DNA of 63,805 nucleotides, the filler included, from Dugesia japonica (lineage: Eukaryota): NCBI GenBank assembly GCA_001938525.1. It is 4 parts of 4 records of this genome, joined end to end, with 100 filler letters (N's around TTAATTAATTAA, not from the genome) between each part and the next. Parts side by side here need not be neighbours in the genome. Positions count along the whole stretch, not along the records: positions 30,179 to 55,087 come from MQRL01628172.1; 3 more parts are not named here. One strand, written 5' to 3'. Of the stretch, positions 35,073 to 47,240 are shown in pieces; position 1 is the first letter of the stretch; the number at the start of each line of letters is the position of its first letter. A program made the position numbers and the translations under genes. Below the pieces are notes generated by a model. It saw only the letters and a program-made list of their open reading frames with translations. It had not been told where the DNA came from and did no database searches.

Positions 35073-36881
35073 TTAAATACAAGCAAACTTATTAGATTAA
35101 TTCCACAGCCAAAGATGTTCTCTGCAAATAAAGATGTAGAAGATTTCATTGTGGAAATAAAGAATTATTTTGATTTAATCCAAATCAATCCAGAACAGAG
35201 AAATATCTAAATTCGAGCTTTTTTGAACGGAGTTTTTAGAAAACAATTAGAGAAGCTCAATGGTTTGATAATTACGAAGAAAATCTACAAAGATTATTCG
35301 GTAAATCCAGTAATCTTGCATAAGACTTACAAAATGCTTAGGAATATCGAAAAAGAAACAATTGAATCGAAGAATTTATCCAACAAGTTGAAAAAAATGT
35401 GGAAAAAGTAATGCGACACAAGCTGACGTCGACGAAACTTACCGCATTTTTATTAAATTATTGTTTGGATGATAAAACTATGAAATAAGAAGTGGCTAGA
35501 TTTGAGTATACAAAATAGCTTCTCAAATTAAAATCGGCTAAATAGAAAAATGAAGAAATTGAAGATCAACAAAGACCAACTCCAGTAAAATATATAAAAG
35601 AAATTTTGAAATCAGTCGAGGAATGAAATCGAAATGCAGATATTTCGGTTCTCAATAAACCAGGTTAAGCCCAAGTTACAAGACAAAAATATAATGCGTA
35701 TCGTTTCATCAAAGAAATGCTCAAAGTGAGATTATTGAAAAAAGAAAATATGGTCAAGAATCAAGAAATCAATATGAAACCAANNNNNNNNNNNNNNNNN
35801 NNNNNNNNNNNNNNNNNNNNNNNNNNNNNNNNNNTGAAAATTATCAGAAAACCATTCAAAGTTATGGATGCCAAGAATTCGGTAATATCAAAAGAAATTT
35901 TCCGAATTTGCGTTGTTCAACGTGTCAAAGAAGAGGACATTTAAGCAGAAATTGTTTTTAATCAAGGAACAATCACACAGAGAAGAATATTACCAATAGA
36001 AAAAATTATGATAATTATAAAACTCAGAATTTTGAAGAGAGGAAATTTCCCAATCGTTATGACCGAGTTGCTGTACTGGATGATGTCTGTTCTCAAAATT
36101 GCGATGCTCAGGAGATTACGGAAAACTGCGAAGCTTCGACCAGAGGGGAAATTATCGGAGCTATTCAGATGGAGTAAGTGTTGTTTTTGATTCGAGATTT
36201 ATTAAATATAAATGTGATGCTGGGGATATATGTGACTGTATGTCTGTTTATAATGCATGTGTGAATGAATGTTCTGAAAATTATTTAGATTCTTTTGTTA
36301 ATTTAAATAATTCTTTTGATAATTTTGATAATTATTTAATTAATGAATTTGATGTAATGGTTAATACTTGTTTAACTGTTCATAGAAATATAATGTAATT
36401 ATAGGAAATAAGTTAGATAAAAGGTTGTTTGATTGTGTACATTTAAATGAAATTATTTTTGAGTGTTTGTTTGATACAATGGCACAAATTAGCGTTATAA
36501 GTTTGAAGGTGTTTAAAGAAATAAATGGCGTTTAAGAATCAATAGAAAAATCTTTAAGAATATCTTGCACAAATGGAAGGGCATTGAAAATATTTGGACA
36601 CTGTTTTATAAATATAAGATATAAGGGTAAAAGTATTACAAATAGATTTTTCGTGGCATAGAATATAATCCCTGAAATTATAATAGGAATAGATATTTTA
36701 TAAAAATTAAATATAAGCTTAGTGAATATGAATGCATTAATTTCTCGTAAAGACATGAAACATATAGATTTAATATAATTTAGAAGTTAACTTTACGAAT
36801 GAAATAACAGATTTTTATAGATAAAATTAAAAAAACATAGAGAAAACTCATCCATTATATAAAACAATAATGAAATTTGGC

Positions 36882-39795
36882 CAGTGGTTCATTGTGGCCG
36901 GAACGACGTTCCGGTACTTTTTTCAGAACAAGAACGCCGTTCCGGTACTTTTTTCAGTAGCAAATTGTTTTCAATTTCAACTGAAAATTATATCATTTGC
37001 TTGTTCATTATATATATATAATATTAAAGGTTAACATAAAGATATAAGTGTTTTAATATTATTGAAGTCAATCATTTTCAAAATTTAATTTAGTTTAATT
37101 ATATAAGCATAAATATAAGAATATATACAATTAATTATTGAAATATTATTTCATGAAATGTATAATAAAAATTAATTTTTTATATTTAAGATTATAAATG
37201 ATCAAAAAACATAAACAACCCACTTTGGACAGTATCTTCGAAAAAAAATTTAAAACGCAACAAAAAAAAGATGTACAAGTTCTAGAAAACAGGAAAAGTC
37301 AAATGGACATTCTATCAACATCAACAAAAAACTTTAAAAAAGAAGAAAAACCACTATTAATAAATTGGCCGAGTATTTGGACAGCAGATATGATCTTCGA
37401 AAAGAAAAAAAATATACTTGTCTAAATTGCGATTCCCGAAAATTAGGATGTCTGACTTGTTCAGCTATTCAGACTTTAGGAACTTTAAAGACACAGGGAG
37501 TAAGCATCTCAAAAAATGAATGGATTGGCACTAAGGTATCAGCTAATATAAAAGATAAAGCTTCACAACTAACTTCTTTGCGTAAAAATTGTGTGAACAT
37601 TATAAATGTTTTCACATACAACATCCGAGAAAAACTTAAAAGAAGCAGACAAGCAAAGAATTAAAGTTATTGTAAATAAGATGAATGATTCTGAAATTTG
37701 TAGCACCAGTAAAGTGTTTAGAACTGCGTATTATATTGCTAAACATGATCGCTCATATTCTGATCATTTCGATTTATTANNNNNNNNNNNNNNNNNNNNN
37801 NNNNNNNNNNNNNNNNNNNNNNNNNNNNNNNNNNNNNCTACAGAAATAATCAATCATATAGGAATTCAAATGAAATCCAAAATTTGTCAACAAATATTAA
37901 AAATTCAAAGAAATTTATTATCATAGATGAATCTACTACTTTAAGTAAAAAGTCTGCACTTATTATTTATTTTAAATGCAAAACAGATGAGATAAAAGAT
38001 GCTCATTTTGTGTTTCTTGATTTAATTGAATTGTAGGATCAAACAGCTAAAACAATAACAGAGTGTCTCTTAAAATATTTTGAAAAAAATGGTTTTGATG
38101 CTAATTATTTAAAGCACCTTTTAATATCATTTACAAGCGACGGGGCCAGTGTTATGTTAGGAAGAAAATCTGGAGTAGAAACAATATTAACCCATAAATA
38201 TCCGAATCTAATTACATGGCATTGTCTAAACCACCGGCTTGAGTTGTCAGTAGGAGATGTTATTTCTGAGGTTAATGGGATCAATCATTTTCAAATATTT
38301 ATGAACAAGTTATACTCCTTATATAGTCAATCTGAAAAATCGAAGGAAAATTTAAAAATGTGCAACCGCCCTTGGTGTAGAAATTAAACGTATTGGACGT
38401 ATATTTACCGTCGATGGGTGGCCAGCTCCTTTAAAACTGTATCAGCAGTTAGTCTCAATTGGTCATCTTTATGTCATCATTTCGAAAATACAAGTAAAGA
38501 CAACAACCGCACTAAAACTGAATAATTCATGTTCAATGGGTTATATAAAATATTATCATTGAAACAATTTGTTCAAGATTTGGCCTTAATGTATGATATT
38601 CTATTCGAGCTATCTAATCTATCAGAAGCATCGCAAAAAGAGAAACTTCAATAGTATATGCAGTAAATTTATTCGCCGCACAATCAATTATTTAGAATAT
38701 TTTAAAAATCCAAGGAAGGAAAGAAGTTATTGGAAGCAGCTTTTGCTGTTGAAACAATGCAGTTATCTTCAATTTCGTTTACAGATAATAAAAAGTTAAA
38801 ATTCATTCACAGAAATCAATTCTTAACTAGTATTAATAATATGAGGAAGAGACTAAACACTACATTTAAAAATTGTTCTGTTTCTGATGGAATTTTGAAT
38901 TCCGAGAGTTCCGATATTATTAAAGAATGGCAAATTCTTGAACCAACCGAATGGCCATCCGAAATTAATACAGATTTTAGAGAAAAGGAAATAGAATCTT
39001 TCTGCCGTTGGGTAAAAGTTTAAATGCCTTCAGAGATTACTTGGCTTGTGGTGGTCGTAACATTTCAGAAGACTTAGAAACTTCCAAAATTATAGCTTGC
39101 AGTTCTTCAGAATGTGAGCGCGGATTAAGCAGCATGAATTTAATGGTATCGGAAAGAAGATCGCGTATTTTAATTGATCATGTTGCAATTTTATTGTTTA
39201 TAAAACTTCATGGACCACCCTTAGAATTATGGAATCCAATTTCTTACGTACAAACTTGCATCGATCCGTTACTGACGAGCAAACTAAAAGAGTAGGGGCA
39301 AATGATCAAATTGTGTGTGATTCTATTTGAAAGTTTTTGTAAATTTTATAGTATAATACATAATAATATCTTTAAGAATCTTATGACCTTTTTTTGAATT
39401 TTCTTTATGTTTTTGTATTTNTCTGAGTATGAATAGATAACTATAATTTGTTTTTATTGAGATTAGCTAATAATTTATTATAAAGAACACTTTTTCCAAT
39501 TCTAATTGTTTTGATTTTTTAAAGCATTTTTAACCCTCGCATACAAATATCGAAATGCCGATATTTATTGGACAATTAGAAACTCAGTTTTATTGCTGGT
39601 AAAACTTTGCTTATTTTTAGAATAAAAAAAAAATCATTTTTTAAAACACCAAAAAAGGTTTTGTTCTCAATAGATTAGATAATTACAAAAAAGACAGGCT
39701 TCGATGGTGCATTTCTTAGATAATCAGATTTGACTAGTAGTGTATTGGAGCCGGAACGGCGTTCCGGTACTTCTTATTTTACGAATAAACCACTG
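36882..39795 (+). mobile_element. hAT DNA transposon (~2.9 kb) with both TIRs and 8-bp TSD
   Basis: TIRs CAGTGGTTCATT / AATAAACCACTG (11/12), TSD AATTTGGC / AATTTAGC, subterminal CCGGAACGGCGTTCCGG motifs at both ends. Confidence 0.92.
37198..39295 (+). pseudogene. hAT transposase (ZNF862/KIAA1586-like), frameshifted
   Basis: VFRTAYYIAK, IIDESTT, SDGASVMLGRKSGV, WHCLNHRLELSV, RWVASS, SSSECERGLSSMN dimerisation motif. Confidence 0.9.
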
Positions 39796-39799
39796 AATT

Positions 39800-42240
39800 T
39801 AGCAATCTTTTTATGGCAAATAAGTGGGAAATAAGAAAGAAAAATATATTAAAGGATTTCATTATAGATGACATAGACGACAACCAATACATTATGATGA
39901 GCAAATTAAGGAAATTATTAAGAATTTGGAGGAAAATAAAATAATTTCGAAATGCAAATCATCATGAAATTCCACAATTGTATGTGTTCAAAAGAATTAT
40001 TTGGCTGATATTAGAATGTACTTGGATTTTCGGTTTTTAAATAAACATAGAGTTAGGTCTGCATTCCTTATTCCGAATGTGAAAGAAATGCTAGATTCAC
40101 TACATGAAGCTAAGTAATTTTCATCAAAATATCTTGGAAATGCATATTACTAAGGTGAATTGGTAGATGAATCAAAGATTAAAACAGCATTCTTTAGAAA
40201 ATATGGACAATATTATTTTAATAGGATGCCGTTTGGAATTGCTGCAGCGCGATCCACATTTCAAAACTTAATCACAATTATTATAGGAGACATGAATTGG
40301 AAAGAAAGTTTGGTCTGTCTGGATGATATTTTTATTTTTTCCAAAACAATTGATGACCATATTTCAATTTTGGAAAAGCTATTTACAGGGATATATAAAT
40401 CTGGTTTACGAATTAATCCTGATAAATGCAAATTCCTGGAAAGAAAGTTTTTAGGTCATGTAATTAATACTGATGGAAAATTGACTTATAATGATAAAGT
40501 GGAATTTTTTAAAGACATTTAAAAAACCATGTTGCGTTAAAAATGTCAGAAGTTTTTAAAGTCTAACTAATTACTATAGGAAATTCATTGAAGGATATTC
40601 TCAGCTAGCAAAACCAATAGAATCTTTATTAAGTACGAAAGAAAAGAAAATCATTTGAACATCTGAATGTGAAATAGCTTTTAAGAAACTGAAAGAAAAA
40701 ATGTCAAATGCACCTATATTATGCCTCCCTCATTTTAGTCGTGAATTTATTTTAGATACGGACGCAGGTTTTGACAGTATTGGTGCTATATTGTCCCAAA
40801 AAGATAATTTCGAATTAGAAAAAGTCATTGCTTATGGTTCAAAAAGTATGTCAAAACATGAAGTTGGATACTGAATTACGAGAAAAGAATTACTTTCAGT
40901 ATTTTACTTTACTCATCACTTTAAGCATTCTTTTTACCGAAAACAATTTGTATTGCGAACATACCATAAAACGATAACTTTAATATTAACAACAAGAAAA
41001 CCAATTATAGCTTAATTTCAAAATTGGATAAATTTTCTCGGTTCTTTAAATATCAAGTTGGAGTAAAGAAAAGGAGAGAAACATTCAAAGGCAGATGCTT
41101 TATCAAGATTGAATAACAATGTAATATGGAACACGCTGATGCTAAAACTAAAAAAGCCCAAACTCGTTTATTAGTTGTAAATAAAGATATCTTTAAATAT
41201 GAAATGCAGAGAAATAATGAGGAAATTAATGAAATAATAAATAAGATTGATAGTAAAGAGATAGTAAAATTTAAATATCAAGACGGAATTGTTTTTAAAA
41301 ATAATAAAATATATGTTTCTAAATATAAACGAAATGACACCATTATGAAAACGCACAAGAAATTATGCCACACAGGATTTCAGAAGGTGTACGATTTCAT
41401 GAAACAAAGATATTATATGGAAAACCTTGAAGAAAATGTAAAGAAAAATATACAGAATTGCATAATATGTCATGAAGGAAAAGTGTATACAATGAAAATG
41501 AAAGAGAAATGTTTAAAATTAGCATCTAATGAACCATTTGAATCTATTTACATAGATTTTTGCGAACCATTTAAATTGACAAACACAGGTAAAAAGTATA
41601 TATTTGCAATTATTGATCATTATAGTAAAAAATCAAGATGATCAAACTTTAATCAAGGTTTTAAGTGAATGTTGGTTATTGAAGTTTGGATCACCAAGAT
41701 CGATTCATGTTGACCATGAAAAATGTGTTTTATCCTCGAATTTCAAAGATTTGGCAAAGAAATTTAATTTTAAAATAGAATATTCTAGTCCATACCAGCA
41801 TCAAGCAAATGATCAAATTGAACGGCAATTTCAAACAATTACAGACGGGATATATTGCTGTGTCGAAGATACATTATTCAGAAATTGGGAAGAATGTTTA
41901 CCTCAAATAGAATTTACTATGAATTCAACAATTCATAAAAGTACTAAAATAAGTCCTTCAGAAATAATTTTTGAGGAAAAGCTAAGTATAGACAAATTTT
42001 AAAGCTTATACAAATTTCTAACCAATGAGGATATATCAAATCAAATGCACAATAAAACAGAAAGGAGTTTTAAAATTGCTGAGAAAGTTTAGATTTGAAT
42101 TAATGTTAGAAATAAACAAGAAAAATGATACGATGGTTCTTACACTATAACTGATAAACTACACAATAGAAGCTATAAAATTAAGAAAACTGATGGTACT
42201 GAAATTTTTCGAATTATTGAATGGCTTACGCCATTTCGGA
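39800..42240 (+). pseudogene. Gypsy pol (RT, RNase H, integrase) with stops/frameshifts
   Basis: KTAF..RMPFGI, LDDI, FLGHVI, FILDTDA, RKELL, HKKLCH..CIICH, SPYQHQANDQIER. Confidence 0.92.
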
Positions 42241-42249
42241 CGAGGGAGA

Positions 42250-42461
42250 TGTCAGTAAGATATATTATGATAATCAAGTATTGATTTGAACCGTATGTAT
42301 ATTGCGATTGATGTGACCCATATGTATGTTGACATATATGCAACCCGTATGAACACTGTTAATTATATAATATGTATTTCTCGAATCATTGCATTCACCA
42401 TATTTAAAAATGCCATTAGTGTGTAATTGTCACTTTTATTATAATATAATTTTATTAAATT
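42250..42461 (+). mobile_element. 3' LTR (end lost in gap)
   Basis: TGTCAGTAAGATAT directly after PPT; matches 5' LTR. Confidence 0.85.
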
Positions 42462-42660
42462 NNNNNNNNNNNNNNNNNNNNNNNNNNNNNNNNNNNNNNN
42501 NNNNNNNNNNNNNNNNNNNNNNNNNNNNNNNNNNNNNNNNNNNNNNNNNNNNNNNNNNNNNNNNNNNNNNNNNNNNNNNNNNNNNNNNNNNNNNNNNNNN
42601 NNNNNNNNNNNNNNNNNNNNNNNNNNNNNNNNNNNNNNNNNNNNNNNNNNNNNNNNNNNN

Positions 42661-42726
<66 letters not shown>
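42661..42726. repeat. (ATT)n microsatellite
   Basis: Perfect triplet array after gap. Confidence 0.95.
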
Positions 42727-43062
42727 GTGTTTAATTTTACATAAAAAATTGTAAATTTCAACTGTTATAAAGATCAATAAAACAAATATATAGGGAATTA
42801 AATACATTGTTCTATACCAACAATTAATATTTGAGTGTGCTGTAAAAACTATTTACTTCTCAGAGGGATATTGAATATCTTTACTGAACATTAATATTAG
42901 AATTATCGCAAAGACATATTAATATCTTAAAATCCTCCAACAATAGTAATACTCAAATTTTACCCCGTGAACTATTAATGATAATACATAAGCGTTAAAA
43001 GAACAAAAACGGAATAATAATATTTATTCTGAATACAGTTGAAATCTAAGTTAATTAATTCA

Positions 43063-43270
43063 AATAATTACAATTAATGTGAGAATAATTGTTGGACTTA
43101 ACCATTGATTATATTTGAGATTTCATTAAAATAAAGAAAAAGCTTCAAAATAAAATGTATTTGTAAAAATTTTCAAATTTTCGACAATAGTCTTCTTCTA
43201 TTGCAGAAAATTTGAAACTTTTTACAAATACATTTTATTTAGATCAAAGCTTTTTCTTTATTTTAATGAA
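43063..43270. repeat. Family-B palindrome (arms ~43122-43181 and 43207-43270) with hammerhead remnant in the centre
   Basis: Arms are reverse complements; minus strand centre reads GAAGA-A-GAC tatt GTC-GAAA-ATTT. Confidence 0.75.
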
Positions 43271-43409
43271 GTAATTAATTCATCTTCATAAAACTAATAA
43301 ATAAGATTAATAATTTAAAATAATTTCAAATGAATTCATTGCAAGATAAAATAAAGTGTTTTATTAAATTGGATTATTACAATCTTATCTGTCCACACTC
43401 GTTTGTCGT

Positions 43410-45850
43410 TATTAGGTAAATCTTCAATTGGTATTTCATTTTCCAAATCAAAACTATATTTTGAGACATCATTTATTTTACTACTACAAACTATATTATT
43501 TATAAATAATTATTATTTAAAAGAACTGATTGAAACCGTACTGAATTAACTCAATTTCTATTGGCTAAAAATATTAAATACTAATTATTTCCTCATATCC
43601 CCCTTTTTAAGAAACTTCTAAGTTTTTCCACATTTCTTTCTAATCGCTGTCTATTTTCTCCTTGTATCGCATAGCATCTTTCGTGAATTCTCTCAATTAT
43701 TCAATAAGGTCCTTCAAATCTGTCTTGACTTTTATTTCTTGTTTCTATCTTAATAAGTACAAAATCGCCCACCTTGAATTCTCTATTTGTATTCCCATCT
43801 AAAGTGTTTTCTTTAGTTTTACCAGAAACGTCTGACTCATACCACTTTTCTTTGCTAATTATCTTTACAAATAAGATCTCAGCCGGGCTCTTTCCAGTCG
43901 TCTTCTGCTTCTGTTTAATATTCTCGTTTTAATCTTCCCTTTCTTGGCATCTTTTTCTAGGACATTTGACATTGTACACATACCTCACATCTTTCTCTAG
44001 ATAATATATCTGCATTACTATGTTGAATTCCTTTTCTATATTCCAGAACCATGTCTAGACTACTAAGATAATTAATCTATGTCTGAAATTGCGATGTAAT
44101 TGGTTTCCTCGTCGTCATCATGAAGGCTAAAGCTTTATGATCTGTTCTAAGAGTAAATCTTCTACCGTACAAATATTGTTTTAAGCGAATGCAGAAATAA
44201 TAAACATCCAATAACTCTTTTCGTGTGATGTAATATCCCTTTTCATGACTTGTCATTGAGTGTGATCCATATTCAAAAACACTTTCTCTTCCTTCTTTAT
44301 CTGTCTGTGATAATACTGCTCCAATCGTATCAAAATTGGCATCTGTATCTAATATGAATTCTTTGTTTATGTCTGGGAAACATAATATTGGTGCAGTCAT
44401 TAGAGATTTCTTTAAAACCTCAAAAATATCGTTTATTTAATCTGTCCATTCTAATTTCTTGTTGCTTGGTTCACAGCACAAGTGCTCTAAGATCTTACAT
44501 TTTCTTGCGTAGTTTTCTATAGACTTCATGTAATAATTATAAGTTCCTAAGTAGCTTCGTAACTTCTTAACGCGGTTAGGTTTGCCAAATGTTCTTATTG
44601 CTTCTATTTTAGACGGATCAGTTCTGACACCATCCTATATAATTATATGTCCAAGAAATTTGATTTTGCTTTTTAGATTAAATCTTAAACCAGCCTTCAT
44701 TATTTCCGCAAATACTCTTTCAATGACTTCATAGTATTGGTCTTTATTGTCCGTAAATATCATGATGTCATCAAGATAACCAATGGCTCCATTGATTTCG
44801 ACTACCACATTTGTCATCCTCTCCGGAAATGTACTTGGAGGCGCTGCAATTCCAAATGGGATTCTATTAAAACAATATTGTCCATGCTTCAATGGAAACG
44901 CCGTTTTTTCTTGAGATTTTTCTTTGAGCTCTACTTAATAGTACTCATTTTCCAAATCTATCGAACCAAAATATTTGACTCCATCTAACTTGTTTAGCAT
45001 TTCATCGACATTAAGCATATGAAAAGCTTGTCTTTTCTTTACTGCATTCAATTGTCTAAATCCAAGCACATTCTTATGTCCTTGTTTTCCTTTTTCCAAA
45101 CACAAATCAGTGGGGTATTCAATGAAGATTTGCATTTTCGGATAATATTATTCTCGAAAGGTTTTGGATAGTTTCTTCAATTTTAGATTCTAAGTTCACT
45201 TCTTGATATAACCTTCTAATATGGCCAACCTTTCCACATCCAAAACATTTTGCTGGTTTTTTATTTGGACAATCTTGACTTATATGTCCTGTTTTAGGAT
45301 AAGTCCAACACTCCACCACTTTTTTAATCAGACAATTTGCTTTAGTGTGACCGATCTTATGATATGACCAACATTCGAAATTTTGTTTTTCCTTTCATTG
45401 CTCCACATATCTAATCTTCAATTTCTTCTATATTGTCTCGTTTCCTCAAAGTCACTTCTTCTTCAACTGTTTTTGTTATCTCAACAATATACTAGCATCT
45501 TTGCTACCATTTTGTCTTTTGTAAAATCTTTATTGGTAAATAATCTTTCCACTAATCTCTTCCAGATGGAATCTCTTCATCTCCACATCTGTAGTTAATC
45601 AAATTTTGAAAGTCTTTGATAACATCTTTCTCTTTCTCAAATGCCATANGTAAACGGGCCTAAAATCCTTCAACTTTTTTCAACGTCTTTGCATATTCTT
45701 CCAATAAATCTTCATCTAACATACAAATGACTAATCTCTCCTGTCGTTTCACATGGGTGATGCTTTTAGCTTCAAAATCCAATTCACACCGCTTGATGAA
45801 TTTCTCAATATCATCTCCTCTGCATAAAACATTTGGCAATAATCTCTATA
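43410..45850 (-). mobile_element. Internally deleted Ty3/Gypsy element (gag, knuckles, RT, RNase H, integrase C-term, PPT, 3' LTR 43597-43410)
   Basis: CFGCGKVGH knuckle, FGSIDLENEYY, RIPFGIAA..GYLDDIMIF, FILDTDANFDTIGAVLSQ, PPT AAAAAGGGGGA; gag nearly identical to 50560-51029. Confidence 0.9.
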
Positions 45851-45909
45851 AATTTGTCAGTTTCTTATAAATTTATCAGATTCCAATTAAACTTTATAGA
45901 ATTTAATAT

Positions 45910-46030
45910 AAGAAGCTAATATAATCTCATACAACAAAACCATTAGAGTCTCAAACAATAAAACAATACAGTCTCATACAGAAAGCTAATATAATCTTTT
46001 ACAGCAAAACCAATAGCGTCTTATACGAAA
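45910..46030. repeat. Short degenerate tandem repeat
   Basis: AGCTAATATAATCT(C/T)..ACA.CAAAACCA.TAG.GTCT occurs twice with intervening subunits. Confidence 0.6.
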
Positions 46031-46049
46031 ATGTTAAATAGAAGTCTGA

Positions 46050-47240
46050 TAGAGAGAATAAGAAACAAAAAATACTGTGAACAAAAACGAAGATAGTCGG
46101 AAATAATGTATTCCAAAAGAATAAATGACAAATAAAATCAAAGGTATCTATAGTTTATTGTATCAAACTGGAGTGATACGACGGTTGATTATATGAGAAA
46201 TTAGTATGATCGAAAACAATTGATCATTAATATTTGAGGGATTCTGTAGAATTTGTCAAAAATTTAGATTAGTGACTACCAAAAACACGGGAAAATTTCA
46301 AAACCTGCAAGTCGTTTTGAAATTATTTTTATGAATATTTATGGTTCTTTGAAAGATACAAAAGATAAAAAGAAGTATATTTTGGTAGTTATTGATTAGT
46401 GCACACAATATCTGATATTTTTAGCTTTAACGAGACAGAATAAGGTTACAATTCAGGAAGCGATTGTTAAAATAGGATTTTGAAATTTGGTCTGAATAAT
46501 AAGTTAAGCACGTTGATTTCTTATCATCACAATTCGGACAGGTTAATTAAGGGGCGATTTTGTACAATGCAGGATACGATTAATACCACGTTGAGAAATA
46601 GAAGAATTTCATATTGGAGTAAAATTCCATCGTAGACAGAATTTACGTTAAATGCAACGATTCAGAAATTACCACAGAAAAATCAAGCGAAGATTGGTTT
46701 TGTAGATAACTGAGTAGAAAACGTAGGTGTAAGGCGGATGGACAAAGAGTTAATAAAAAAAGCATTCAAAGAAAAAAGAAAACTTGCTCTGACGAAAAGT
46801 CATTTCACCATTGGAGAGCAGCTGTTAGTAAAGGTAGAAACAAAAAGTAAAGTTGAGGATAGATTATACAAATCTTTAACTAATTTGAACAGATGTTATG
46901 TTTTCAGGATAGCGGTTATAAAAAGCTTCGAACGAAATGTTGAAAAGCTTAAAATGCTCTTAAAGGAAGAGAATTTAAGTAAATTTCAAAGTAGGTAATT
47001 TTTTACCTATGTATATATTTACTTTTAGGTTTAAATATTTTTTGGTAGAAATTGTGAATCTTTGAAAGCTTTGTTCATTTTTAAAAGTTTTGTTTTTATA
47101 TTAAGTTAGATCAGTGGATTTCTTTTTAAAGTAAAAGTAGAAAGAAATCTGAAGATAACTGTTTGACATTGTAAAGGTTAGTGTTACATTAATGATTAGT
47201 TTATTGTGTTTAAAATTCTTTAAAAACTTGGGTTTTAGCG
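46050..47240 (+). pseudogene. Gypsy integrase relic and probable decayed 3' LTR
   Basis: FEIIFMNIYGSL..KKYILVVID, SYHHNS, EFTLNATIQK, LLVKVETKSK..ERNVEKLK. Confidence 0.75.

Larger units (their letters stand above)
34874..42461 (+). mobile_element. Near-full-length Ty3/Gypsy retrotransposon (degenerate), interrupted by a hAT insertion
   Basis: 5' LTR 34874-35061, PBS, gag, protease (CLFDTMAQIS), RT (RMPFGI..CLDDIFIFS), RNase H, integrase, PPT GGACGAGGGAGA, 3' LTR from 42250. Confidence 0.92.

Noticed and set aside
36099-36398. Cys/Asn-rich ORF as separate gene
   Set aside because: Lies in the gag-protease linker of the Gypsy element; low complexity
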